A stretch of DNA of 64,000 nt from positions 19,166-83,165 of the forward strand of contig CAZSRF010000001.1 of assembly GCA_964609155.1 (NCBI GenBank), in the 5' to 3' direction. Under the pieces are notes generated by a model. It was not told the origin of the DNA. It worked only from the letters and a program-made list of their open reading frames with translations, and made no database searches. Shown one piece after another: positions 52,303-61,979 of this stretch. Position numbers and translations under genes: made by a program. The first letter of the stretch is position 1, and every line of letters begins with the position of its first letter. The DNA comes from an uncultured Gammaproteobacteria bacterium. GTDB lineage: Bacteria > Pseudomonadota > Gammaproteobacteria > JAGOUU01.

Positions 52303-53970
52303 ATGAGCACACAAACTAATCCAGGCCATGAGATCATGTCTTATGATGTAATAATAGTTGGCGCCGGACCAGCAGGTTTAGCATCTGCAATTGCCTTAAA
52401 ACAATTTGCAAAAAAGAATAATATAACAATTTCTGTCGCCCTCTTTGAAAAAGGTTCTTCAGTAGGCTCTCATATTATTTCTGGTGCTGTATTTGAAGCT
52501 GATAGTTTGTCCGAGTTAATCTCTAATTGGCAAACATTAAACCCACCAACATTTACTAAAGTTATAGCAGACAAGTTTTATTTTATGACTAAGCATCATA
52601 AATTAAGATTGCCTACTCCTGGCTCTCTAAATAATTATCATAAAAATAATTATATTATTAGCCTTGGTGAATTATGCAAATGGCTTGCGCTACAAGCAGA
52701 AAATTTAGGAGTTGAGATTTATCCTGGATTTGCCGCTGCATCTGCTTTAATTCGAGGTAATCAAGTCTATGGCATCAAAACTAACGATCTTGGCATTGAT
52801 AAACATGGCAATAAAACCGATCTATTTCAACCAGGAATAGAAATCCATGCAAAGCAAACTATTTTAGCAGAAGGATGTCGAGGTTCAATCAGTAAACAAA
52901 TTATTCAACATTTTGAATTAGCAAAAGATTCAGCTCCTCAAACTTATGGATTAGGGATAAAAGAAATTTGGCAAATAGACAACAAGTATCACCAACTGGG
53001 AACCGTTGAGCATTCAATAGGCTGGCCATTAGATAACTTTACTTATGGCGGCAGTTTTATCTATCATTTACCAGAAAATAAAATAGCCTATGGCTTTGTA
53101 ACCGGTCTAGATTATACCAATCCTTACTTCAGCCCATTTGAAGAATCACAGCAGTTTAAGTTACATCCTAAAATAAAACACTTATTTGAAAACGGTGAAC
53201 GTATTAGTTATGGCGCACGTGCCTTATCTGAAGGTGGTTATCAAAGCTTACCCAAACTCACGTTTCCTGGCGGACTTATTGTTGGTGATGCTGCAGGGTT
53301 TTTAAACGTTGCCAAAATAAAAGGCTCCCATAATGCCATCCGATCTGGAATTATCGCAGCTCAATCAATCATTGATGACTATCTTACTAATATACAAAAC
53401 AAAAAACCTGCCCTACTATCTACAGAAATATATTCTTATCAAGAAAATATTTCGCGTTCTAAAGTTGCCGTAGAATTATATAAAGTCCGTAATATCCGCC
53501 CGAGCTTTAAATATGGACTGGTTGCTGGCCTGTCTTACAGTGCGTTAGACTACTATGTGCTGCGTGGCAAAGCTCCTTGGACCCTTACTCACCATACCGA
53601 CCATAAAACTCTCATCAAAAACAGCCCGCCAATTATTTATCCAAAAGCGGATAATAAGATAACTTTTGATAGGTTGTCTTCTGTTTTCTTATCTAATACC
53701 CACCACAACGAAGATCAACCTAGTCATCTAAAACTGATAGATCCAAGCAAAACTGTTGAAATCAATTACTTACAGTACCACGGCCCTGAGCAATATTATT
53801 GCCCAGCTGGTGTTTATGAGTACCTAAAGGACAGCTCCAATAAACCATATTTACAAATCAACAGCCAAAATTGCATTCATTGTAAAACTTGTGATATAAA
53901 AGACCCCACACAGAATATTAACTGGCAAACTCCTGAAGGCGGCGGTGGGCCTAATTATATTGATATGTAA
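52303..53970 (+). CDS. electron transfer flavoprotein-ubiquinone oxidoreductase
   Basis: FAD-binding VIIVGAGPAGL near the N-terminus and the C-terminal 4Fe-4S ferredoxin-like region (CIHCKTCDIKDP) are present. Confidence 0.85.
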   Translation: MSTQTNPGHEIMSYDVIIVGAGPAGLASAIALKQFAKKNNITISVALFEKGSSVGSHIISGAVFEADSLSELISNWQTLNPPTFTKVIADKFYFMTKHHKLRLPTPGSLNNYHKNNYIISLGELCKWLALQAENLGVEIYPGFAAASALIRGNQVYGIKTNDLGIDKHGNKTDLFQPGIEIHAKQTILAEGCRGSISKQIIQHFELAKDSAPQTYGLGIKEIWQIDNKYHQLGTVEHSIGWPLDNFTYGGSFIYHLPENKIAYGFVTGLDYTNPYFSPFEESQQFKLHPKIKHLFENGERISYGARALSEGGYQSLPKLTFPGGLIVGDAAGFLNVAKIKGSHNAIRSGIIAAQSIIDDYLTNIQNKKPALLSTEIYSYQENISRSKVAVELYKVRNIRPSFKYGLVAGLSYSALDYYVLRGKAPWTLTHHTDHKTLIKNSPPIIYPKADNKITFDRLSSVFLSNTHHNEDQPSHLKLIDPSKTVEINYLQYHGPEQYYCPAGVYEYLKDSSNKPYLQINSQNCIHCKTCDIKDPTQNINWQTPEGGGGPNYIDM

Positions 53971-54078
53971 TAACAAAAAATGCAAAATATGATTTGTTTA
54001 TTAACGTTTAATTCATAATACATTCATTTTCAGCCCTTATAATATATCCTATGTTAATATTTTATTTCGTATAAGATT

Positions 54079-56025
54079 ATGCTTTTTACACACCGACTAT
54101 TACAACGTAAAGTCCTTGCTGGACTTTTGTTTCCCAAAATGAAAGGGGACGGCTTCAAATCTCGTGGTTTTAAAGGATTTAAAGAGTTTTATGCCTCTTT
54201 ATCAGACAAAACAAGCCGACAATTTTCTGAGGCTTTTGTTGGCTGTGAGGGCCATGAGACTCCAGATGTAACCACAGTTTTAGCTAGCACTGGACAAAAA
54301 GTAACTGTTGATTTAGTCGCAATTGCTCCAACACAAGATTTCCTAGCTGCCCATCCCCATTTACCTGGTAAAGACCTTCATATTGTAAATTTTCCTGCTG
54401 CTTTTGATTACTATGAAAGCATGGGATGTTTAACGGATAATTCTTTAGAAGCCAAAGCAACTGGAGCTACTGTTCATACGTTTAATTATCCAGGTATCCA
54501 CCGTTCAAAAGACGGTAGAATTACTGAATTTAATGATCTAGTCAATACAGGTATTGCCGTTGTTAATAAGCTATTACTTGACGGTGTACACCCAGATAAG
54601 ATAGTCCTACAAGGTGATTGTTATGGTACTGCAGTAGCCTTTGCGGTACAGCAAGAGTTTGCAAAAAAAGATATAAAAGTACGCCTTATTGCATCAAATA
54701 CTTTTGGTTCATTTAAAGATACAGCTGATAAAAATATTCGTCAACAACCTAAAGCTTTAGGTTTAATTTTAACCAAGTCTTACATCCGCTATCTTTTAAA
54801 ACAAACTGGATGGAGCATTAAAGTAGGAGCAGACTTTATAGACTCCGATCCATACAAAGCTGTATTACAACGTGAAGATGACAAAACCTTAGGTGAAACT
54901 ACTTTACTAAAACGTATAGCCAAATATATAGAAGAACGAACAGCAGGCAAAGTGTTGTCCCCTAAAAGTAAACGCAAAGAAGTAAAACCTGATACTTGCC
55001 CTGAAGAGTACCAAGAAGCTCGCAAAATACTTGAAGCTATACAATGGATTAAACTTAAACCAGAAGAAAAACGCAAAGAAGGCATCAAATTAGGAGCAGG
55101 CTCAAAATTACAAGCGCTTCTTAAACCACTAAAAGGCTTGAAGTCTGTAAAATCCACTATTAACCAATTAATTTCACTGTATATTGCTGCTCATGATGAA
55201 AAAGCTTTTACAGAACAAACAACTACATTTCTAAAGGCTACAAACTCTGTTACTTCCATAGCAATATATCAAGCCCTAAAAGCAGCTGATACACAAGAAA
55301 ATCAAGATAAAGTTGATGCTCATCCTTTGTCTTTACATCAATTTGCTGATGCTTTTGAATTTATAGCTAAATATTTAGAGCTTTCGAATGATTATATAAA
55401 ACAGCATCCTCAATCTCAGCAAAAATTTAATAAGTCACTACTTCCAGCTTTTAAAAAAACTGGAGTTCCGTTAATGACCATCTCTAACTGTATTTTACAA
55501 GGAATATTTTCTGGTATTATAGCAACAGCTCTGTTTTTAGCAATTGTTAACCCAGTAACTTTACCATTTTTATTAGGATTAATTGGATCTACAATACCAT
55601 CTTTAGCCTTAACGTATTCTATGATGACTATAGGCAGTTTAGCAGTTTTTGGAATAGCTGCTGCTATTTCCTCAACCCTAGTGTCATGTCTATTAACAAT
55701 TTCTAAAAATACTCTATTAGGAATAAAAAATGCTATCTTAAATATTTCACAAGGCCATCGTTCTAGAAATCAAGGGAACACTAAAGGATCTGAACTTGAA
55801 GATGAAACTCCCACGCCAATATTAGTATCTTCTGAAAGTGACAAAGAGAGTGATGCGTTACCAAGCAGTCCTCTTCGTAAACCTGCACTAATCATCCATA
55901 GAGAAGATAGAACAAAACAAACAAGTTGTGATATGTTTATAACAGGCAGTAGAGAAATTAGAATAAAACAACAGCGTGAAGAATTATTGTCTATGCCTAA
56001 ACAGGCTAAGTTAGCACCATTCTAG
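54079..56025 (+). CDS. membrane-anchored alpha/beta-hydrolase-fold protein, Cys in nucleophile elbow (GDCYG)
   Basis: The N-terminal ~230 aa align with the hydrolase domain of 61980..63254 (GDCYG vs GHSMG; IASNTFGSF vs IFNDRSFGT). A C-terminal bilobed hydrophobic segment and a charged tail follow. The start Met is uncertain. Confidence 0.55.
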   Translation: MLFTHRLLQRKVLAGLLFPKMKGDGFKSRGFKGFKEFYASLSDKTSRQFSEAFVGCEGHETPDVTTVLASTGQKVTVDLVAIAPTQDFLAAHPHLPGKDLHIVNFPAAFDYYESMGCLTDNSLEAKATGATVHTFNYPGIHRSKDGRITEFNDLVNTGIAVVNKLLLDGVHPDKIVLQGDCYGTAVAFAVQQEFAKKDIKVRLIASNTFGSFKDTADKNIRQQPKALGLILTKSYIRYLLKQTGWSIKVGADFIDSDPYKAVLQREDDKTLGETTLLKRIAKYIEERTAGKVLSPKSKRKEVKPDTCPEEYQEARKILEAIQWIKLKPEEKRKEGIKLGAGSKLQALLKPLKGLKSVKSTINQLISLYIAAHDEKAFTEQTTTFLKATNSVTSIAIYQALKAADTQENQDKVDAHPLSLHQFADAFEFIAKYLELSNDYIKQHPQSQQKFNKSLLPAFKKTGVPLMTISNCILQGIFSGIIATALFLAIVNPVTLPFLLGLIGSTIPSLALTYSMMTIGSLAVFGIAAAISSTLVSCLLTISKNTLLGIKNAILNISQGHRSRNQGNTKGSELEDETPTPILVSSESDKESDALPSSPLRKPALIIHREDRTKQTSCDMFITGSREIRIKQQREELLSMPKQAKLAPF

Positions 56026-56041
56026 CACGCTGTATACATTA

Positions 56042-58231
56042 TTAATTTCTAAAAAAAGTTCTATTTAGTTTATTATATATAGCCCACATCAATGAGGTAT
56101 TATAAGTCTGCACTTTTATAATACCCTTTGCCATTTTGTTATTGTAATTGCATTTTTTATCTGCTGATAAATCAATAGTAAAATACGAATCAACTGACAC
56201 CCAATTAGAATCTTCGTCTATATTAAAATTAATATCTCCACCATAATTAGAAGCAAATAATAATATATTAGAATTAACTAATTTGCTTTGCGCAACCTCC
56301 AGCGCAACAAATGGCTCATTAGAAATCTTACCTATAGGATCGCTTGCAATTGATTTAAACTGCAGGCGACAAACTGCTGAGTCTGATTGATCTGGAATGA
56401 AAATTGCTTTTAAATCTTTATTCAGTGATTTATCCTTTTTGTTATACAAATCTGGCAGTCTTGATAGATCTTGTGACCGAATAAAGGCCTGCACGGCCAA
56501 GCTATCTTGACTTGTAACATCTAAAAGCCACGTATTTTCCGCAAGCCACAAACCGGGGTTCAATCCTGGAGAAATTGCCGTAACTTTACCTATTATGGGT
56601 GATAAGATTTGTAATTGCTTATTTTTAGCAGCAATATTTTCTACCATGACTTTTTGTTGTTCAACTTCTGCTAACTTAGATTCAGTAAACTTGTGCTCTT
56701 TATCTGACAGCTGTTCCCCTAATGCTTCATATTTTTTTGTATCATAATTTAACTGGTTAATAATTTTCTTTTCTTCTAACTCTAGACTTGTTAGTAATAA
56801 CAGTTCTTGGTTAACAAGAACATCTTGTTCTAACTGAGTATCGATTTTATCAACTCTAGATATAAAAGGGGTGTAAAGTCTTTGAGTTTTACCATAAAAT
56901 ACTGCTGGTAAATAAACATAGCTGCTAAAAGGCATCCACGCTAATAAAAAAACCAAACAAAATACACTTGTAGTTACAATAAGATTTGTATTCATCTGAA
57001 TCTTTTGTCGAAACAGATAAAGATTATAGATCTCTTTGCTTATAGGAACAGTAATTAATAATACAATGCTAATTAAAAATAAAAAACCACCAATAAATTC
57101 AATATAATATAAAAAAGATATTATTGAAATATATAACAATAGACGATATATACCACTTAAAACGGCAAAAACAGTAAAAAATTGAAATTTTTTACTATCA
57201 TACGATTCTGGCAATATGGAATCTATGCCTAATATAATTGTTCTATAATAATATTTTAAAACAGCGAAGCTTCTTGGTCCAAGATTTCTTATTCTTAAAT
57301 AATCGGAGAGTATATAATAACCATCAAAGCGCATAAACGGCATAATATTGATAGCTAAAGACACAACCCATGAAACAGCTGCGATAAAAAATAACAAATT
57401 TTTGAATATAGTATCATCTGGCAAAAGTAACCAAAAAAATCCTGCAATTATTGCTAAATATATCTCTAATCTAATCCCTGCCGTAGAAACAACCAACCGT
57501 TTCTCAGGAGTTAATAAAATCGTCTGCGACACATCCGTATAAAATATAGGATAAAAAAATATAAAATTCACGCCCATCTCAGGCACCTTGCAATCATACA
57601 TCTTGCTAGCATATGCATGGCCAAATTCATGGATAACTTTTGTAAAAACTACTGTAAAAGCTATCAATATAATATTTGTCAAATTATTTACGCTTGGGAT
57701 ACTTGCAGTAAAACTGCCCCATTGATTAGCTAGTAAATATAAGTCAATAAAAAAAATGCAAATGATAGCAAAAGCCATTTTTTCGGAAAAAACAAATTTA
57801 ACTTTATCTTTGGTATAAGACAAAAATTTATCTGGATTAAATAAAGAAATTCTATAAGAAAAAATTTTTCCTAAATATCCGAGGAATAATAAAAGAGGTT
57901 TTTTTCTGTTTTTTTCTAATGATCTTAGCGTTTGATTGCTTAATTGCAGTAAATTATTATTTAAAAGAAATTTGAAAACTTGACTAATAGTATCTTGATT
58001 GATATTATAAACAGTGTCGGCGTTTACTGCCTGAATAATGGCATTGTTAGTTCCTAAGCTCCAGTTATTAATTATTTCATACTCAACCTTTCCTAAGTAA
58101 TAGTATTTATCAGTAATTTTATCTCTTAATATCCAAACTTTATCTTGCCAGAAATCTATGCCTGCATAGGATAATTCGATTGTACTTTTCAATGCTGGAA
58201 GATAGAGCAACTGTTCTGATGATGGTTGCAT
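56042..58231 (-). CDS. site-2-protease-like M50 intramembrane metalloprotease fused to HlyD-like periplasmic coiled-coil/barrel domain
   Basis: HEFGHAYASKMYD (HExxH) lies within a predicted TM helix in a multi-TM core. The C-terminal ~250 aa form a coiled coil with an HlyD-like beta domain (SPIIGKVTAISPG). Confidence 0.6.
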   Translation of the reverse strand: MQPSSEQLLYLPALKSTIELSYAGIDFWQDKVWILRDKITDKYYYLGKVEYEIINNWSLGTNNAIIQAVNADTVYNINQDTISQVFKFLLNNNLLQLSNQTLRSLEKNRKKPLLLFLGYLGKIFSYRISLFNPDKFLSYTKDKVKFVFSEKMAFAIICIFFIDLYLLANQWGSFTASIPSVNNLTNIILIAFTVVFTKVIHEFGHAYASKMYDCKVPEMGVNFIFFYPIFYTDVSQTILLTPEKRLVVSTAGIRLEIYLAIIAGFFWLLLPDDTIFKNLLFFIAAVSWVVSLAINIMPFMRFDGYYILSDYLRIRNLGPRSFAVLKYYYRTIILGIDSILPESYDSKKFQFFTVFAVLSGIYRLLLYISIISFLYYIEFIGGFLFLISIVLLITVPISKEIYNLYLFRQKIQMNTNLIVTTSVFCLVFLLAWMPFSSYVYLPAVFYGKTQRLYTPFISRVDKIDTQLEQDVLVNQELLLLTSLELEEKKIINQLNYDTKKYEALGEQLSDKEHKFTESKLAEVEQQKVMVENIAAKNKQLQILSPIIGKVTAISPGLNPGLWLAENTWLLDVTSQDSLAVQAFIRSQDLSRLPDLYNKKDKSLNKDLKAIFIPDQSDSAVCRLQFKSIASDPIGKISNEPFVALEVAQSKLVNSNILLFASNYGGDINFNIDEDSNWVSVDSYFTIDLSADKKCNYNNKMAKGIIKVQTYNTSLMWAIYNKLNRTFFRN

Positions 58232-58235
58232 AAAT

Positions 58236-59642
58236 CTAACCTACCTTATAGTACCATTGGCGTATTTTTAAATAAGGTTTTTGAAATATATATCTAATCA
58301 AACTAATTTTTTTAGGACCATAGATCTTAACTTGTCCTTGATCCCCTATGATTAGATCAGAGTCCTCCATAGCAAACTCAGGAGTAATTTTAGCAAGTAA
58401 TCTATAGGCAATTTTTTTTTGGGGTGTAACATAAGCTTCAAAACTATAATACTTTAATTTTGCTGTTACAGCTTTGAATGGATTTTTATTTGAATAATAA
58501 TATAATTCACTATCTTTTTCTAAGTTAATATTGTCATTTATGTTAAGCCAAATTTCTATTTCTTGTTCATTTTTATCAGCTAATCTCATTAATGTTTGAC
58601 CAACTTTAACTGGTTTACCTAAGAGATCATCTTTACTCTTAAATAACACTATTCCTGCTTCTGGGGCAGTAATTTTACTCATCCCTATTTGTTGTTCTGC
58701 ATATGATATTTCCTGTTGCTTAACACTCATATCTTGTTGAAGCTTAAAAATTTTCCCGCGTTGTTCCTTATCTTGAAATCCTAATGCTTGTGCTTGATCA
58801 TGTTCTGCTTCTAACGTTTTCAATTCTTTCTTTTTTAATTGTAAAGTATTATCTAGATCAATTTGATCATACTCTAAAAGTAATTGATTTTTTACAACAG
58901 CACTATTTGGTTCAACGTGAACTTTTTTAATAGCCCCACTTACTGGTGCATTAATCAACCATGATTTTTCACTAATAATTTGCGCTGGCGCCATAACAGT
59001 TGGAGTTAATTTAACCAAAAATAATAATGCTATGGCAATCAAAATTATCCATAGAATATTTTTTCTAATATAGTTTGTATAAAAACTTCTTCCTATGTTA
59101 GATCTTTTTTTTGTCTTAGCAAAGAATTGTAAAGCTTGACTGTATGACTTAATGATTAAATTAAAATTTATTAATTCAGCATCTGAATATAGCTGATTAT
59201 TAAATAATATTAGGTAAGTATTATCATTATTTAATTCATTTCTTAATTTGGCTACTAATAATTCTTGTCCTAATTCTTGCGCCCAATCTTGTTTAAGATT
59301 GTCAGGAATATTTCTAATAGATAATACTTTTTTAGTATCTTTAAATTCTGAAGTTTTTATTATTTGTGAATAAAATAATTCAGTGATTATATGTTGAAGC
59401 CACTGATGGAAACTCTTGCTTGCTTTTTGATCTTTGGTATCGAGCGTTCCAGAGATACTAATTAGTTCTGCGTTATTATTCTCAATAGTGAATAACACAG
59501 CTAGCTGGTATTTTATTACTTTATAAGAGTCATTGACGATAAGATCAGCTAACGATGCATAATCATGAGACTCTAATATGCTACTTTGAAGAGCGAATAG
59601 TTTACTTATTTGTTCTGATTGCATATTAAGTTGGATTATCAA
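58236..59642 (-). CDS. HlyD-family periplasmic adaptor with ~190-aa N-terminal cytoplasmic domain
   Basis: TM anchor (ILWIILIAIALLFLV), then biotinyl/lipoyl-like APVSGAIKKVHV, a coiled coil and a beta-barrel. It lies 5 nt upstream of the M50 gene. Confidence 0.65.
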   Translation of the reverse strand: MIIQLNMQSEQISKLFALQSSILESHDYASLADLIVNDSYKVIKYQLAVLFTIENNNAELISISGTLDTKDQKASKSFHQWLQHIITELFYSQIIKTSEFKDTKKVLSIRNIPDNLKQDWAQELGQELLVAKLRNELNNDNTYLILFNNQLYSDAELINFNLIIKSYSQALQFFAKTKKRSNIGRSFYTNYIRKNILWIILIAIALLFLVKLTPTVMAPAQIISEKSWLINAPVSGAIKKVHVEPNSAVVKNQLLLEYDQIDLDNTLQLKKKELKTLEAEHDQAQALGFQDKEQRGKIFKLQQDMSVKQQEISYAEQQIGMSKITAPEAGIVLFKSKDDLLGKPVKVGQTLMRLADKNEQEIEIWLNINDNINLEKDSELYYYSNKNPFKAVTAKLKYYSFEAYVTPQKKIAYRLLAKITPEFAMEDSDLIIGDQGQVKIYGPKKISLIRYIFQKPYLKIRQWYYKVG

Positions 59643-60561
59643 AAGTTATCTGACCGCTCAAGCCAGCAATTAACTTCTCCGGCTCAGCAATAGGTTCCAT
59701 GAGCTTTCCGAATACATCGATAGTCTGACTAGTCGGTTCTACTTCTGCCCCAATTCTATTAACGATGCCCTTATAACAAGTTTTACTTAAACATAATTTG
59801 AACGTTGTGCCTTGTTTCAACCAACTTATCCAGGCAAATGGCACATAAGCTTTTATAAGTAAATCTTTAGTATTATTAACCGTCATAAGTGCCTGACCAG
59901 CTGAAACATATTCTCCCTCCGTAACACTTACTGTAATTATCTTTCCATCATAATTAGCTTTAATAACACAATTTGTTATTTGATATTCTAATTTTTCTAT
60001 AAGTTTTTTTGTTTGTTCTAATTGAGATTCAGCTTCTATTACAGAGTATTTACTAGTTGACTTTAGCTCTTGTAATTGTTTTAAATTGTCCAATACTGCT
60101 GCTTTGTCTTTAGCTATGGCTGTTTGGACTGCTAGATCCAATGCAAGTTCTTGGCAATCAAAAGTTATTAAAATATCATCTTTAGAAAAACTTTGACCAT
60201 CGTTGTATGGTATCGATTTTATTCTCCCTGCTCGTAAACTACTTATAGTCAGCTTATTATTTGCAACGATTAAACCAGGTGTTTCATATACGGGTGGTGG
60301 CGGTGGAGGAGGCTGTTTTTTTGCACTTATCTGTGCCGGAGCTTGTACAGGTTTATTAGTTGAGGGTTTGTGTTTAATGGTATCAAGATTAATTTTTTTT
60401 CGACAAACTAAACTTCCATAGGTTTTCCCTAATAGATTACAATTTTTACTGTATTTTATATAAACAGTGAGCACAGCTAGAATTATCAATAACAAAAATA
60501 ATAGTGAAAACACCGATTTGGTCAATCTACTAAATTCTTTTGGTTCTGGGATGCTATTCAT
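59626..60561 (-). CDS. HlyD/RND-type periplasmic adaptor subunit
   Basis: TM anchor, a poly-Pro linker (PPPPPPP), a lipoyl-like beta hairpin and a short coiled coil. It overlaps the next gene by 17 nt, suggesting translational coupling. Confidence 0.65.
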   Translation of the reverse strand: MNSIPEPKEFSRLTKSVFSLLFLLLIILAVLTVYIKYSKNCNLLGKTYGSLVCRKKINLDTIKHKPSTNKPVQAPAQISAKKQPPPPPPPVYETPGLIVANNKLTISSLRAGRIKSIPYNDGQSFSKDDILITFDCQELALDLAVQTAIAKDKAAVLDNLKQLQELKSTSKYSVIEAESQLEQTKKLIEKLEYQITNCVIKANYDGKIITVSVTEGEYVSAGQALMTVNNTKDLLIKAYVPFAWISWLKQGTTFKLCLSKTCYKGIVNRIGAEVEPTSQTIDVFGKLMEPIAEPEKLIAGLSGQITFDNPT

Positions 60562-60673
60562 GTTATGAAGAAATTTAATGTATAAACACTAATACCATAT
60601 AAATAATATATATAAATATAGTAAATTATGTAATATTGTAAATCTAAGTTTTACTAACTAGCCGAGATATAAA

Positions 60674-61219
60674 ATGACTCTAAGATTATCTAATTCCGTC
60701 TTGGTTGTTATCGATCTTCAAGACAAGCTTTTACCATCTATAGAAAACAATCAAAATATTATCAACAATACTAACTGGTTAGTGAAAGTTGCTCTAAAAC
60801 TCAATATACCAATATTAATTACTGAACAATATCCTAAAGGATTAGGGTTAACGAATGAAGTCATTAGAAATAGCTTAGATTCTTCAGTGATTATAGAAAA
60901 GATTACTTTTTCTGCTGCAAAAGAAATTCTATTTTTAGATAGGTTAGCTGCTTTAAATAGACAACATGTGATTTTATGCGGTATAGAGGCTCACGTTTGT
61001 GTATTACAAACTGCCTTAGATCTTGTACAGCTTAATTATCAAGTCTATGCAGTTGCCAATGCTACTGGCAGCAGGAACTTAATAGATAAAAAATATGCTC
61101 TCAAAAGAATGATGCAAAATGACATTACAATTGTAACTAAAGAAATGGTATTATTTGAATGTTTAGAAAAAGCAGGAACTAGTTTATTTAAATCAATGAG
61201 TAATGAGTTTTTAAAATGA
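60674..61219 (+). CDS. isochorismatase-family cysteine hydrolase
   Basis: VLVVIDLQDKL and the catalytic-Cys region (LCGIEAHVCVLQTALDL) are present. Confidence 0.75.
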   Translation: MTLRLSNSVLVVIDLQDKLLPSIENNQNIINNTNWLVKVALKLNIPILITEQYPKGLGLTNEVIRNSLDSSVIIEKITFSAAKEILFLDRLAALNRQHVILCGIEAHVCVLQTALDLVQLNYQVYAVANATGSRNLIDKKYALKRMMQNDITIVTKEMVLFECLEKAGTSLFKSMSNEFLK

Positions 61220-61974
61220 ATATTAAAGGACTATACGCCCTAATTACTGGAGGGGGATCGGGTTTAGGAGCAGCAACGGCTAAAAAATTAGCAAGCCTTG
61301 GAGCAAATATTATTATTTTGGATAACAATATGGCTGCAGCTGAGGGATTAGCATCTGAACTTAATGGTTTAGCTCTTGATTGTAATGTTTCAGATGCTGC
61401 AAGTGTTGAACAAGCATTCAAGTTTATTCAAAATAAAACTGCTATCCCAAGAATTTGTGTTAATTGTGCAGGAGTTGCTCCAGCCAAAAGAATTATTAGT
61501 AAAACTGGGCCAATGCCCTTGGCAGATTTTAATCAAGTTATAGACATAAACCTTAATGGTACATTTAATATACTACGCATGGCCAGTCACTATATTAGCC
61601 AACTTGATCCTATCAATAGCTCCGGCGAAAGAGGAGTCATTATAAATACGGCTTCGGTCGCTGCCTATGAAGGTCAAATTGGCCAAGCTGCCTATGCAGC
61701 ATCAAAAGCTGGTATTATAGGGTTAACATTACCAGCAGCTAGAGAGCTAGCTCGTTTTGGTATTAGGGTTAATACTATTGCTCCAGGGTTATTTGCAACG
61801 CCACTTTTGCTCAATATGCCACAAGAAGTGCAGGATGGGTTAATAAATTCTATGCCTTTTCCAAAGAGATTTGGAGATCCCCAAGAATATGCTGCTTTAG
61901 TAGAACATATTATTAGTAACTCCATGCTAAATGGTACTACAATACGTTTGGATGGCGCCATGAGAATGCAGTAG
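61216..61974 (+). CDS. SDR-family 3-hydroxyacyl-CoA dehydrogenase (HSD10-like)
   Basis: ALITGGGSGLGAATAKKL (Rossmann fold) and YAASKAGIIGLT (catalytic YxxxK) are present. It overlaps the upstream gene by 4 nt. Confidence 0.75.
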   Translation: MNIKGLYALITGGGSGLGAATAKKLASLGANIIILDNNMAAAEGLASELNGLALDCNVSDAASVEQAFKFIQNKTAIPRICVNCAGVAPAKRIISKTGPMPLADFNQVIDINLNGTFNILRMASHYISQLDPINSSGERGVIINTASVAAYEGQIGQAAYAASKAGIIGLTLPAARELARFGIRVNTIAPGLFATPLLLNMPQEVQDGLINSMPFPKRFGDPQEYAALVEHIISNSMLNGTTIRLDGAMRMQ

Positions 61975-61979
61975 TCAGA

